Assembly (NCBI GenBank): GCA_964557415.1 | Contig: CAZLBB010000007.1 | Span: 9,064-73,063, forward strand | Length of the DNA stretch: 64,000 nt | Origin: an uncultured Rhodospirillaceae bacterium | GTDB lineage: Bacteria > Pseudomonadota > Alphaproteobacteria > JAEULC01 | Direction of reading: 5' to 3' | In this document: positions 8,923 through 19,343 of the stretch, piece after piece | Numbering within the stretch: position 1 is the first letter of the stretch | Layout: each line of letters begins with the position of its first letter | Program-made: the position numbers and the translations under genes | Notes under the pieces: generated by a model | What the model saw: the letters and a program-made list of their open reading frames with translations, nothing else | Told to the model about the DNA's origin: nothing | The model's database searches: none

Positions 8923-9786
8923 ATGAAACCGCCCCTCCCCGTTTCCGCATCCAACGACAACGCCGCCGCCGCCGAGGCGATGCTGCGTCGCTGCGGCGAT
9001 CTGCCGGACGAGGCGATCGATCTTGCCGAGGCGGCGCTGGCGCTGGCGCTGCTCGACGGCGAGCACGTCGACGCCGCGCCCTATCGCCGGCATCTCGACG
9101 CGCTGGCCGCGGACCTCGTCGCCGCGGCCGGCGCAGCGGACGCAACGCTGGCCGACCGCGCGCACCTGCTGCAGGCCGTGATCCTCGGGCGCCACGGCTA
9201 CGGCGGCGACACCGAGACCTATGACGACCTGCAGAACGCGAACCTGATCCGCGTCATCGATCGTCGTCGCGGCCTGCCGGTGGCGCTCGGCGTCCTCTTC
9301 ATGCACGCGGCGCGCACCGCCGGCTGGACGGTGCACGGCTTGAACTTTCCCGCGCATTTCCTGCTGCGGCTCGACCGCGGGGCCGAGCGCGCCGTGATCG
9401 ACCCGTTCCATGGCGGCAAGCTGCGCGAAGCGGCCGAGCTGCGCGCGATGCTGAAGCAGGTCGCGGGCGACGGCGTCGAGCTCGGCCCGGCGCATTACAG
9501 CCCGGTCGGCAACCGCGCGGTGCTACTGCGCCTGCACAACAACGTCAAGACGCGGCTCTTGCGGCTGAACCGGGTGGCCGAGGCCGCGCGCGCGGCGCAG
9601 GCCATGCTGTGGCTCGCGCCCCGCGATGCCGGGCTGTGGCGCGAGACCGGCCTGATCGAAGCGCATGTCGGCAACCTGAAGCGCGGCATCGAGGCGCTGG
9701 AGACCGCCCTCGGCCTCGGCCTGCCCGATGGCCAGCGCCGTGAAACCGAACTGGCGATCAAGCGGCTCAAAGGCAGGTTGAACTAG
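8923..9786 (+). CDS. Transglutaminase-like/TPR protein of the SirB1/YchA (UPF0162) family
   Basis: The N-terminal region carries a transglutaminase-like core (RRGLPVALGVLFMHAARTAGWTVHGLNFPAHFLLR) and the C-terminus has TPR-like helices. The ATG at 8923 follows the upstream stop at 8918. Confidence 0.6.
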   Translation: MKPPLPVSASNDNAAAAEAMLRRCGDLPDEAIDLAEAALALALLDGEHVDAAPYRRHLDALAADLVAAAGAADATLADRAHLLQAVILGRHGYGGDTETYDDLQNANLIRVIDRRRGLPVALGVLFMHAARTAGWTVHGLNFPAHFLLRLDRGAERAVIDPFHGGKLREAAELRAMLKQVAGDGVELGPAHYSPVGNRAVLLRLHNNVKTRLLRLNRVAEAARAAQAMLWLAPRDAGLWRETGLIEAHVGNLKRGIEALETALGLGLPDGQRRETELAIKRLKGRLN

Positions 9787-9805
9787 CGCGCGTCGACCCG
9801 CGCGC
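9786..9805 (+). terminator. GC-rich hairpin (GCGCGCG-TCGACC-CGCGCGC) immediately after the stop of the preceding gene. There is no U-tract.
   Basis: A 7-bp perfect stem with a 6-nt loop, seen directly in the sequence. Absence of a T-run makes a classic intrinsic terminator uncertain. Confidence 0.35.
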
Positions 9806-9914
9806 CTAGATTCGAGCCGGGGTTCGGCGGCAGACCGAGCCCGAGGCGGCTTGGGGGGACCCGGTCACGCATGGTGGGGTCGGCCGGCGATCAGTTGACG
9901 CAGCGGGAATTTCC

Positions 9915-10475
9915 TTGACCGAAGCGGCCGATCGCAACGGCGGGGGCACGAACGCATATGCCCGATTCCTGGGCTTCTTGAAGAGCAAGGAAATCCGGGA
10001 CCTGCTCGACTATTGGCGCAGGGCGCGGAAGGGCAGGCCGATGCCGTCCAAATCCGACATACGGCCGGAGGAAATTCCGTGGGCGCTGTCGCGGGTGTTT
10101 CTTCTCGACTACGGCCCTGACAGCGGATTTCGCTATCGCCTGGCCGGCGCGGACGTGGCGCGGATGTTTCGTCGATCGAATCTGAAGGGGCTCGGTTTGA
10201 CGGATATCCTGCCGGCGCCCCAGGCCGAGCTGGTAACGCGGCGCTGGATGCCGATCGTCCAGGGACCCTGTGTGCTTCATATGCGGGGCATGGTCTACTT
10301 TGCGGCGGAGCGGGTTCCGCTGGGGGAACGCCTGCTAATGCCCTTGAGCGACGACGAGAGCAGCGCCGTAACAGGAGTCCTCGGCATGACGGTGTTCGAA
10401 TGGGTCAGCGGTCCCGTTGCCGACCAGGCCAAGCTCCCGGAGATCGAGTCGATCCTGGTCGGCGCGATTCCCTGA
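9915..10475 (+). CDS. PAS-like domain protein, alphaproteobacterial PAS_5/DUF1457-type
   Basis: 186 aa, soluble. Has a central region typical of single-domain PAS-fold proteins from alphaproteobacteria. Coding-like GC3 bias. Confidence 0.5.
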   Translation: MTEAADRNGGGTNAYARFLGFLKSKEIRDLLDYWRRARKGRPMPSKSDIRPEEIPWALSRVFLLDYGPDSGFRYRLAGADVARMFRRSNLKGLGLTDILPAPQAELVTRRWMPIVQGPCVLHMRGMVYFAAERVPLGERLLMPLSDDESSAVTGVLGMTVFEWVSGPVADQAKLPEIESILVGAIP

Positions 10476-10605
10476 CTTGCGTCGAACAGTCGCGCAAGGA
10501 GCGCCGAAATGGCTTCCGGGGAGTCCGATCGATCGTCCGCATGAATGCGGCCACCTGACGCGTTCCGCAAACGGATAGCTTGGCGTCGCGTAAGCGCGGC
10601 TTCGA

Positions 10606-10989
10606 TCACCCGGTCGCGCGGCCGAACGCCAGGTGCCATGCCGCGCCCATGACGACGAACAGGGCGCCCGCGGTGGCCGCGGTCCGGGCGAAGCGCCAAT
10701 AGGCCCAGCAGTGCGCGTCGATCACGACCCGTTCGGCCGCGTGGAGCGGCAGGCGCAGGCGCCCACCGACCGCCCGCCAGAGATCGGTGCGGCGGAAATC
10801 GCGCCGCCGGGCGTTGAGCGCGAGGATCGCCATCGTCGCGCCGAGCGCGAGGTTCAGCAACCCGCCCGCGGTCAAGGCGACGAACGGCTCGTCCATGCGC
10901 GTGACGCACAGCAGCATGATCGCCAGGCTGGCGAAGTGGAAATGGCGGCCGATCAGCGCGCCGGCGACCTGTCTGATGTCGAGGTCCAT
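10606..10989 (-). CDS. Small hypothetical membrane protein (3 predicted TM helices)
   Basis: 127 aa running from Met 10989 (MDLDIRQ...). Hydrophobic helices. The upstream part of the ORF-track entry (to 11205) is Arg/Cys-rich and unlikely to be coding. Confidence 0.35.
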   Translation of the reverse strand: MDLDIRQVAGALIGRHFHFASLAIMLLCVTRMDEPFVALTAGGLLNLALGATMAILALNARRRDFRRTDLWRAVGGRLRLPLHAAERVVIDAHCWAYWRFARTAATAGALFVVMGAAWHLAFGRATG

Positions 10990-11155
10990 GGGCTCGGAGC
11001 AAATGCAGGATCGATATCGGGCCGGGCATACTTCGCATGCCGCGGCGCCGGTGAAAAGAGGCCGCGCAGCGGCAGGATGCGCCGGGCGGCGCCGGTCGCT
11101 ATAGTCCCGCCTCCGCCCGCGCGGGCATGCAGACCGAACAGACGTCGAGGAGCGC

Positions 11156-12121
11156 ATGAGCCTGGCCGTTGGCATCCAGATGGACCCGATCGAGTCCGTC
11201 AACATCGACGCGGACTCGACCTTCGTGCTGGCGCTCGAGGCGCAGGCGCGCGGCCATGCGCTGTTCCACTACCATCCGCGCAACCTCAGCCTGCGCCACG
11301 GCCGGCTCTATGCCGAGGCCCGGCCGCTCCAGGTACGGCGCAAGAAGGGCGATCATTGCACCCTGGGCGCGCCCGGGGCGCTCGACCTTGCCACGCTCGA
11401 CATCGTGCTGATGCGCCAGGATCCGCCGTTCGACATGGCCTACATCACCGCCACGCACCTGCTCGAGCACATCCATCCCGACACGCTGGTGGTGAACGAC
11501 CCGGCGCATGTGCGCAACGCGCCGGAGAAGCTGTTCGTCACGCATTTCCCCGAGCTGATGCCGCCGACGCTGATCACCAGCGACCGCGCCGAGGTGCTCG
11601 CGTTCCGCCTGGAGCACAAGGACATCATCGTCAAGCCGCTGTTCGGCAACGGCGGCGCCGGCGTGTTCCACATCGGTCCCGGCGACGAGAACCTGAACGC
11701 CCTGCTCGAGATGTTCACGCAGCTCTACCGCGAACCCATCATCGTGCAGCGCTACATTCCCCAGGTGCGCGAGGGCGACAAGCGCATCATCCTGGTGGAC
11801 GGGCGCGCCGCCGGTGCCGTCAAGCGCGTACCGCCCGCGGGCGAGGCGCGCTCGAACCTGCATGTCGGCGGCCGGGCGGAGAAAGCGGCGCTCAGCGCGC
11901 GTGACCGCGAGATCTGCGAGGCGATCGGCCCGGCGCTCAAGGAGCGCGGCCTGGTGTTCGTCGGCATCGACGTGATCGGCGACTACCTGACCGAGATCAA
12001 CGTGACCTCGCCCACCGGCATCCAGGAGATCAACCGGCTCGACGGCGTCACGATCGAAAAGGAGCTGTGGGACGCCATGGAAGCGCGCTACCACGCGCGG
12101 AACCGCCGGCGGCCGGCGTGA
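11156..12121 (+). CDS. gshB: Glutathione synthetase
   Basis: 321 aa. N-terminal GSH-synthetase domain plus an ATP-grasp domain ([14 protein letters not shown] ... RIILVDG ... [14 protein letters not shown]). Confidence 0.9.
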   Translation: MSLAVGIQMDPIESVNIDADSTFVLALEAQARGHALFHYHPRNLSLRHGRLYAEARPLQVRRKKGDHCTLGAPGALDLATLDIVLMRQDPPFDMAYITATHLLEHIHPDTLVVNDPAHVRNAPEKLFVTHFPELMPPTLITSDRAEVLAFRLEHKDIIVKPLFGNGGAGVFHIGPGDENLNALLEMFTQLYREPIIVQRYIPQVREGDKRIILVDGRAAGAVKRVPPAGEARSNLHVGGRAEKAALSARDREICEAIGPALKERGLVFVGIDVIGDYLTEINVTSPTGIQEINRLDGVTIEKELWDAMEARYHARNRRRPA

Positions 12122-13451
12122 ACGGGTCGTCGAGCCCGAACAGACCCGCCGGCCTGAACACAAGCACGAGCACCAGGATGGCGAACACCGCGGCGTCGCG
12201 GAAATCGCCGCCCAGATAGGCGGCCCAGAGGGACTCGATCAGGCCGATCGCGATTCCGCCGACGAGCGCGCCCGCGTACGAGCCGATGCCGCCCAGCATC
12301 GCCGCCGTCAGCGCCTTGAAGCCGAACAGCACGCCCAGCATCGCGCCGGCCTGCCCGTAGTGCAGCACGATCGCCGCGCCGGCCACCGCGGCCAGCGCGG
12401 CGCCGGCGGCATAGGTCAAGGCCACCACGCGGTTGACGTCGATGCCCAGCATGGCCGCCATCAGCGGGTCCTGGGAAGCGGCGCGATAGGCGCGGCCCTG
12501 CGGCGTCGCGGCCAGCACCCAGCCCTGCGCCAGCGACAAGGCGGACGCCAGCAGCACGATCATGATCTGCGTGTAGGTGAGGGACACGGAAAAGCCGCCC
12601 GCCGCGAACAGCTCGACCTTTCCCGGCAGCAGCGAGGGCATCCAGCGGCTGCGCGCACTCTGGCTCAGGCGCACGAACTCCTGCAGGAAGATCGACAGGC
12701 CCACGGCGGCGATCAGCGGTGCCTGCGTGCCGGCATGGTGCAGACGGCGAAAGATCGCGCGCTCGATGCTCCAGCCGTTGAGCGCCGCCAGCAGCACCAC
12801 CGCCGGCAGCGCCAGGGCCAGCATCGCGGCCAGATTGCCCCAGCCCGCCATCGCCAGCAGCCCATAGGAGATCGCCGTCGTGACCGCGCCGATGGTCAGG
12901 AGCTCGCCATAGGCGAACTGGACGTGGCGCGTGATGCCGTAGACCAGCGTGTATCCGACCGCGACCAGCGCGATGACGCTGCCGACCACCAGCCCGTTCA
13001 GCACCTGCTGGACCAGATAGGCGACATGCAGGCCGAGCGGCCAGGGGCGAAGCGGTTCCGGCTCGTCCAACAGCTCCGGCGGGACCGGGTGGCGCAGCCA
13101 GCGATGCAGCAGGATCAGCTTGACGCGCGACAGCGCCGCGCCGTCCAGCTCGACGCCGACGAGCGAACGGCGGAGCTCCATCCGCGCGCTGCCGGTGAAC
13201 AGACAACGCAGCCGCGCTTCGTTGCGCGTCGACGGGAAGGCGGCGCGGCGCTGGAACCGCACGACCACGCCGCCCAGCGCTTCGGGATCGTGCTCTACCG
13301 CCAGCACCTTGTACGCATCGGCGGGTCCCGCCAGCGCCTCGAGCACGTGCAGGCAGGTCTCCTCGTGCGGCAGGTCGGAGCAGGCGGCGAGCACCATCGC
13401 CACGCCGAGCGCTGCAAGCATTCGCCGAGGCTTCAATGCGGTGAGCGGCAT
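12048..13451 (-). CDS. LivH-family branched-chain-amino-acid ABC permease with a ~150-aa N-terminal exported extension
   Basis: The C-terminal ~310 aa match LivH/BPD_transp_2 permeases (YTLVYGI ... [20 protein letters not shown] ... [20 protein letters not shown]). The N-terminus has a signal/lipoprotein-like start (LAACS). No partner ABC genes are adjacent. The 3-prime end overlaps gshB convergently by 74 bp. Confidence 0.7.
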   Translation of the reverse strand: MPLTALKPRRMLAALGVAMVLAACSDLPHEETCLHVLEALAGPADAYKVLAVEHDPEALGGVVVRFQRRAAFPSTRNEARLRCLFTGSARMELRRSLVGVELDGAALSRVKLILLHRWLRHPVPPELLDEPEPLRPWPLGLHVAYLVQQVLNGLVVGSVIALVAVGYTLVYGITRHVQFAYGELLTIGAVTTAISYGLLAMAGWGNLAAMLALALPAVVLLAALNGWSIERAIFRRLHHAGTQAPLIAAVGLSIFLQEFVRLSQSARSRWMPSLLPGKVELFAAGGFSVSLTYTQIMIVLLASALSLAQGWVLAATPQGRAYRAASQDPLMAAMLGIDVNRVVALTYAAGAALAAVAGAAIVLHYGQAGAMLGVLFGFKALTAAMLGGIGSYAGALVGGIAIGLIESLWAAYLGGDFRDAAVFAILVLVLVFRPAGLFGLDDPFTPAAGGSARGSALPWRPTAPFRS

Positions 13452-13580
13452 GTCGATGGAATGATCCTGGTTCTCGACACCTTAGCACCGGGCCCCCATC
13501 GGTTCGAAGCGCGCTACCCGGAGGTGTTGGCAGGAAATCGGGCGACGGCGTAGCTTCACGTCTGGCTGTTCGGGGGACGC

Positions 13581-15089
13581 ATGGTTGCGCGGGTTTGGAC
13601 GGTGGCGTTCCAGGGCATCGACGTCCTGGACATCGACGTGCAGGTGCAGGTCGCCTCGGGCATCGTCGGCTTCACCGTGGTGGGCCTGCCCGACAAGGCG
13701 GTGGCGGAGAGCCGCGAGCGCGTGCGCTCGGCCTTCAGCGCCATCGGCCTGGCGCTGCCGGCCAAGCGCATCACCGTCAACCTCTCGCCCGCCGACGTGC
13801 AAAAGGAAGGCTCGCATTTCGACCTGCCGATCGCGCTCGGCCTCCTGGTCGCCATGGGCGTGGTCGATGCCGAGGAGGTACAGGGCTACACGGTGCTGGG
13901 GGAGCTCGCGCTCGACGGCGCGGTGGCACCCGTGGCCGGGGCGCTGCCGGCGGCGATCGGCGCCAGCGCGCAAGGCCGCGGCATCATCTGCCCCGAAGCC
14001 AATGGCGGCGAGGCGGCCTGGGCCGGCGAGATCGAGGTGCTGGCGCCGCCGTCGCTCCTGGCCCTCATCAACCACTTCAAGGGCACGCAGGTCCTGGCGC
14101 GGCCGACGCCGCGCCTCGCCGAGGACGACGGCGCCGTCCCCGACCTCAGCGACATCAAGGGTCAGGAAGCGGCCAAGCGCGCGCTCGAAGTGGCCGCGTC
14201 CGGCGGGCACAACCTGCTGATGATCGGCCCGCCCGGCTCGGGCAAGTCGATGCTGGCGCAGCGCCTGCCCGGGCTGCTTCCGCCGCTCGAGCCGGCCGAA
14301 GCGCTCGAGGTTTCGATGATCCAGTCCGTCGCCGGCCAGCTCCAGGGCGGCCGTATCACGCGAAGGCGCCCGTTCCGCGACCCGCATCATTCGGCCTCGC
14401 TGGTTTCCCTGATCGGCGGCGGGAACCGTGCGCGGCCCGGCGAATGCTCGCTGGCGCATCGCGGTGTGCTGTTCCTCGACGAGCTGCCGGAGTTCCAGCG
14501 CCCCACGCTCGAGGCGCTCCGCCAGCCCATGGAATCCGGCAAGGCCGTGGTCGCGCGCGCCAACCACCACGTCTCCTATCCCGCGCGTTTCCAGCTCGTC
14601 GCCGCGATGAATCCCTGCCGCTGCGGCCATCTCGACGACGCGTCGCTGGCCTGCGGCCGCGCGCCGAAATGCGCGCAGGAGTACCAGGCCCGCATCTCCG
14701 GCCCGCTGTTCGACCGCATCGACCTGCATGTCGACGTGCCGGCGGTCGCGGCCTCCGACCTCTCGCTGCCGCCGCCGGCCGAAGGCTCGGCCGAGGTCGC
14801 CCGGCGCGTCGCCCGCGCGCGCGCCGTGCAGGCCAGGCGCTACGAGGGCTACGGCGTCGCCTGCAACGCCGAGGCCGACGGCACGCTCCTGGAAGAGGTC
14901 GCCGGCCCCGACAAGGACGGCCGCGACCTGCTCAACACCGCCGCCGAGAAGCTGAAGCTTTCCGCGCGCGGCTACCACCGCGTCATGCGCGTCGCGCGCA
15001 CGCTGGCCGATCTCGACGGCGCCTATCGCGTCGGGCGCCTGCACATCGCCGAGGCGCTCTCCTACCGCCGCATCGCGCCGGGAAGGTGA
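13581..15089 (+). CDS. comM: ComM/YifB Mg-chelatase-like AAA+ ATPase
   Basis: 502 aa with an N-terminal Lon-protease-like domain, Walker A (GPPGSGKS), a sensor/Zn-ribbon region (NPCRCGH) and the typical C-terminal helix bundle. Confidence 0.9.
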   Translation: MVARVWTVAFQGIDVLDIDVQVQVASGIVGFTVVGLPDKAVAESRERVRSAFSAIGLALPAKRITVNLSPADVQKEGSHFDLPIALGLLVAMGVVDAEEVQGYTVLGELALDGAVAPVAGALPAAIGASAQGRGIICPEANGGEAAWAGEIEVLAPPSLLALINHFKGTQVLARPTPRLAEDDGAVPDLSDIKGQEAAKRALEVAASGGHNLLMIGPPGSGKSMLAQRLPGLLPPLEPAEALEVSMIQSVAGQLQGGRITRRRPFRDPHHSASLVSLIGGGNRARPGECSLAHRGVLFLDELPEFQRPTLEALRQPMESGKAVVARANHHVSYPARFQLVAAMNPCRCGHLDDASLACGRAPKCAQEYQARISGPLFDRIDLHVDVPAVAASDLSLPPPAEGSAEVARRVARARAVQARRYEGYGVACNAEADGTLLEEVAGPDKDGRDLLNTAAEKLKLSARGYHRVMRVARTLADLDGAYRVGRLHIAEALSYRRIAPGR

Positions 15090-15383
15090 ATGGTGCCGGG
15101 TTTGCGGCGTCGCCGGCGAATGCCGCCGCCGCCGCCCTTGTCTTCGACCGCAATGGCTTTCCGGCCGACGACGCCATTGCCCGGCGAACATGGACGCTGT
15201 GCAGCGTCTTGCCGCGCGGAACCGCCGTCGCGAACGGGGCGAAACGGCCAGCGCGCCGGCTCACGCCGCTCCGCCGTGCTGCGGCGCCACGCGCCCAGGC
15301 GGGGCGGTTCCTTGCGTTGCCGGCATAGACCGTCTAAGTGTTATGTGCAGATCGGCAGGGCGCATTTCGAGGCATTGCCGAGC

Positions 15384-16313
15384 ATGGAGACGCGGGCCCT
15401 CCGCTATTTCCAGGCCGTGGCGGAATTCGGCAGCTACAGCCGCGGGTCGGAATTTCTGCGCATCTCCCAGCCCGCCGTCAGCCGCCAGATCCGCAGGCTC
15501 GAGGAAGAACTGGGCAGTGCGCTGTTCGAGCGCCATGGCCAGGGCGTCAGCCTGACCGAATCAGGCCGCATCCTGCTGGCGCGCAGCCAGACGGTGCTGC
15601 GGCAACTGGAGCAGACGAAGGCCGAGATCCGCACGGGCAAGGCCGGGCCGTCCGGCACGATTTCGTTCGCCGTACCCCCGGCGGCCGGCAATTTCCTGGT
15701 GCCCGAGCTGGTCCGGCGCTTCGGCGCCGAGTATCCCAACGTCTTCCTGCGCATCGTCGCCGGGTTCAGCGGGCATATCCACGAATGGCTGGTGCGCGGC
15801 CAGGTCGACCTGGCTTGCGCGCACGATCCGTTGCCGCAACGCGGCTTCGAGATCACGCCGCTGATCAGCGAGGAAATCTTTCTCGCCGGCAAGCCGGGGA
15901 CGATGCCGCCCCGCCGGACCAACGTGAGCATAGAGGACCTGGCCGACCTGCCGCTGATTCTCCCCAGCCGGCCGAATGCTTCGCGCCGGCTGCTCGACAG
16001 TTGGGTCGCGCAGCATAAGACCTCGCTCCACGTGAAGATCGAGGTCGACGATCACTCCGTGATTCGCGCGCTGGTGCGGCAGGGCGAGGGCTTCACCTTG
16101 CTGACGCGCGCCGCGATCGACGCCGAGCTGTCGCGCGGCGAGGTGCAGGTCCTGCCGTTCCGCCCGCGCGCGACCTGGACGCTGGCGCTGATCACGTCGT
16201 CGGACGCCGCGCGCTCGGACATCGTGACGATCTTGGCGCGCACGGTGCGCAGCGTGGCGCGCGAGCTTACCGCCTCGGGCGCTTGGCCCGGCCGGTCGCT
16301 CGATCAACGCTGA
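15384..16313 (+). CDS. LysR-family transcriptional regulator
   Basis: N-terminal HTH (LRYFQAVAEFGSYSRGSEFLRISQPAVSRQIRRLEEELG) plus a LysR substrate-binding domain. The ORF-track entry 15090..16313 is an upstream over-extension. Confidence 0.85.
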   Translation: METRALRYFQAVAEFGSYSRGSEFLRISQPAVSRQIRRLEEELGSALFERHGQGVSLTESGRILLARSQTVLRQLEQTKAEIRTGKAGPSGTISFAVPPAAGNFLVPELVRRFGAEYPNVFLRIVAGFSGHIHEWLVRGQVDLACAHDPLPQRGFEITPLISEEIFLAGKPGTMPPRRTNVSIEDLADLPLILPSRPNASRRLLDSWVAQHKTSLHVKIEVDDHSVIRALVRQGEGFTLLTRAAIDAELSRGEVQVLPFRPRATWTLALITSSDAARSDIVTILARTVRSVARELTASGAWPGRSLDQR

Positions 16314-16332
16314 CGGCGCACCGCCGCCGCCC

Positions 16333-17544
16333 TCACTCGACGACGATGATATCCCGCGAGTGGCGCGAAATGCGCTCCGCGCCGTTCTCGGTCACCAGAA
16401 CGGTGTCGGTGATGCGCGCGCCCAGGCGCTCCTCGCCGATGAAGATCGGCGGCACGACGGAGAAAACCATGCCGGCCCGCAGCGTGTACCTGCTGCCGCC
16501 GAAGATGTGGATCGGCTCGCCCCAATAGGGCGGAAAACCGGGCGCGACGCCATAGGCCGTGGTGTGGCAGCGATAGCGGTCGAAGCCGGCCTCGGCGATG
16601 ACGCGCTTGGCTGCCTCGTGCGGCACCGTTGCGGCGACGCCGGGGCGCATCGCCGCGATGCAGGCGTCGCCCGCGCGGCGGACGACCTCGTGCAGCTCCA
16701 GCATCCGCGCGACCGGCTTTCCCAGGCAGAACATGCGCCCGATGGTCGCGGTATAGCGCTTGTAGGCGGCGCCGAACTCGACGTTGCCGGCCTCGCCGCG
16801 CCCGAGGCGCCGCGAGGTGGGAGAACCGTGCGAGAAGCCCAGACGGTCGCCGGTCACGAGGTTGATCGCGCTCGCCGGCAGTCCGCCGCCCGCGCTAAGC
16901 ATGGCGTGATAGACCGCGCCGGCGATCTCGAGTTCGCTGCGGCCTTCCGCGATCGACCGGACGCAGGCGTCCATGCCCAGATCGGCGATGCGCCCGGCCT
17001 CGCGAACCAGCGCGATCTCGCGCGCGGACTTCACCATCTTCAGGTCGTGCACCAGGTTGTCCGGTTCGGCTACCAGCGCCGCGCCCAGCATATCCTTGAT
17101 GCGTACGTAGTGCCGGGGGTGCAGGTAGTAGGCGGGAACTTCCATGCCGACGCGCCGGTGGCGCAGACCCAGCGAATCGACCAGCCGGCCGAACGCGGCC
17201 ATCGGGTCATCCGGCTCCCCGCCGCCCCAGATGCGCAGGTCCTCGACCAGCGAATCCTGCAGCATCTCGTTGCGCTCGGCGTCCCGCGTGAGCATCACCA
17301 GGGGCTTCGCATCGGCGGCCACCAGCAGGCACTGGAAGGATTGGAAGCTCTTCGCGTCCGTCCCGATCAGCCAGTGCATCGACACGGGATGGAACACGAG
17401 AAGCCAGTCGAGCTTGGCGTCGGCGATGGCGCGGCGCAGCCGCGCCAGGCGCGCGGCGAATTCCTCCGCCGGAAAGTCATGCTTGGACAATCGGGCTCCC
17501 CCGTGTTCCCCCGGCGCAAAGCCTAGCACGACCGGCGCGCACAA
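16333..17544 (-). CDS. M24-family metallopeptidase (Xaa-Pro dipeptidase/creatinase-like)
   Basis: Creatinase-N-like N-terminal domain plus the pita-bread M24 catalytic domain (HGSPTSRRLGRGEAGNVEFGAAYKRYTATIGRM ... ERISR). The likely true start is the TTG at 17490, preceded by GGGGGAG (spacer 5). Confidence 0.8.
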   Translation of the reverse strand: MCAPVVLGFAPGEHGGARLSKHDFPAEEFAARLARLRRAIADAKLDWLLVFHPVSMHWLIGTDAKSFQSFQCLLVAADAKPLVMLTRDAERNEMLQDSLVEDLRIWGGGEPDDPMAAFGRLVDSLGLRHRRVGMEVPAYYLHPRHYVRIKDMLGAALVAEPDNLVHDLKMVKSAREIALVREAGRIADLGMDACVRSIAEGRSELEIAGAVYHAMLSAGGGLPASAINLVTGDRLGFSHGSPTSRRLGRGEAGNVEFGAAYKRYTATIGRMFCLGKPVARMLELHEVVRRAGDACIAAMRPGVAATVPHEAAKRVIAEAGFDRYRCHTTAYGVAPGFPPYWGEPIHIFGGSRYTLRAGMVFSVVPPIFIGEERLGARITDTVLVTENGAERISRHSRDIIVVE

Positions 17545-17661
17545 CGACGGCCCGACGAACGGGATTGCGCTGCCGAAGCGCCGCGTGAGAGCGGGAAAAA
17601 AAGAAAGGCGACGTTCTCCGGCGGACCGCGCCGCCGGAGAACGTCGCGCGCGATTCGTGCG

Positions 17662-19119
17662 CTATTCAGCGGCTTTCATCTGCGATTTGCCGCGCTTGGC
17701 CTGCAGCGCCCGCAATTCCTGCGCCAGGCGCAGTCCGCGCGGAGTGCCGCCTTCCTCGAAGAAGCGGATGATCTTGTCGGCATAGACGCCGGTGCGCGCC
17801 TCCTCGACGGCCGGGATCATCTCCGTGCGCAGCTTGTCGTAGGCCCACAGATCCGACCGCGACAGGTTGATGCGGATCGCGGTGCCTGCGCCGACGTCGC
17901 CCAGTCCGTCGCCGGCATAGAGCGCCACCTTCCGCTTGAACAGCGCCACGCAGATTTCCTGCGCCGTTGCCCCCGTCTTGGAAATGTCGAGGACCATGGA
18001 GAACCCGTACTTCGGCATCACCGGGATGGTCACTTCGCATCCCTTGGAGCGCCACATCTTTTCCGATTCGACCACGTGGGCGAGGTTGCGCCGCATGGCC
18101 GCCTCGGCCGATTGCAGGTACTCCTTGTCCTTGAGCGCGGCGATCGCCCCGTACTGGGCCAGCAGGTTGGTGTGGATCTTGGTGATCTCCATTTTCATCA
18201 TCGCCGCCGCCTTGAGCAGGTCGGGATGGCCGGCGAGGAAGCCCAGGCGCAGCGCCGCCATGCCGTAGCCCTTCGACATGCCGGAGGTGGAGATCACGTT
18301 CGACGTGTCGATCTCCTTGTGCAGCGCGGCGATCGGATACTGGCGCGTCTTCGGATCGAGCTGGTGGGTGTTGTGGGTGATGTTGTTGAAGACGAGGAGA
18401 TTGTGGTCGTTGGCGAGCTTCACGATCTCGAGCAGCTCTTGCTTGCTCTGCGTCGTCCCGTACGGGTTGATGGGATCGCAGATCACGATCATCTTCGTGC
18501 GCAGGTTGATGTGCTTCCTGATCTCCTCGGGCTTCAGCCGGTAGTCGTTCTGGGGCCCGAGGGGGATCTGGACCGGAGTCGCCCCCGCCATCAGCGCCGC
18601 CGGCGCGAAGTGGAAGTATACCGGATCCGGCATGATCACCTCGTCACCCGGATCGAGATAGGTGAGGTAGGTATAGCCGATGCCGCCCTGGGCGCCTTCG
18701 ACGCCGATGACCTCGAAATCGTCGCCGCGTTCCCGGCCGAACTTGGTGACCGCTGCCAGGTCGCGCAGTTCGGAGAGCAGGTCGGGCGGATAGGGGCCGA
18801 CATTCTCGGCCACGCAGCGCCGCTTCATTTCCTCGATCGCGCTCGCCGGCGGGCCGATGTAGGAGCACATCCACCCGAGATCCGACCATTCGGCGGGATC
18901 GAGGTCGATGCGGCCGCCCTTGTAGACCGCGGTGTGGTCCCAGCCGAGCACGTCGATCGCCTCGCGGTAGGTGAAGTAGTTGCCCATCCCCTGCGGGTGA
19001 TAGAACAGCGGCTTTGCCCGGTGCGAGATGTGCCGCTGCATCTTCAGGCTGATGAGCTTGCCGTCGGTCTGGTAGGTACGCCCCCACGACATGATGAAGC
19101 GCGGTTTTGCCTTGGCCAT
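17662..19119 (-). CDS. PLP-dependent aminotransferase, class I/II fold, with an unusual ~110-aa N-terminal extension
   Basis: Aminotransferase fold motifs (IMPDPVYFHF ... PINPYGT ... STSGMSKGYGMAALRLGF). The start ATG at 19119 is preceded by GGAGG (spacer 7). Slightly lower GC3 than its neighbours. Confidence 0.75.
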   Translation of the reverse strand: MAKAKPRFIMSWGRTYQTDGKLISLKMQRHISHRAKPLFYHPQGMGNYFTYREAIDVLGWDHTAVYKGGRIDLDPAEWSDLGWMCSYIGPPASAIEEMKRRCVAENVGPYPPDLLSELRDLAAVTKFGRERGDDFEVIGVEGAQGGIGYTYLTYLDPGDEVIMPDPVYFHFAPAALMAGATPVQIPLGPQNDYRLKPEEIRKHINLRTKMIVICDPINPYGTTQSKQELLEIVKLANDHNLLVFNNITHNTHQLDPKTRQYPIAALHKEIDTSNVISTSGMSKGYGMAALRLGFLAGHPDLLKAAAMMKMEITKIHTNLLAQYGAIAALKDKEYLQSAEAAMRRNLAHVVESEKMWRSKGCEVTIPVMPKYGFSMVLDISKTGATAQEICVALFKRKVALYAGDGLGDVGAGTAIRINLSRSDLWAYDKLRTEMIPAVEEARTGVYADKIIRFFEEGGTPRGLRLAQELRALQAKRGKSQMKAAE

Positions 19120-19343
19120 TTGCTGACCTCCATGGACGGTGGTGTTGCTGGGCGGGACCGGGCGGAGCCTCGCAAGCGAGATTCGCGCCGCCTCTTTTCC
19201 TGCCCAATGCGCGAACGGTAGGAACGCGTTCAACCGCAGTCCAATGCATAATGCTGTATGATCTTTATGCCGCATCGGCATGGCGGGATCCTGCGGGCAT
19301 CGCATTCGGCGCAGCTGCGGGAAGGTTCCCGCCCGCGAGCGGC

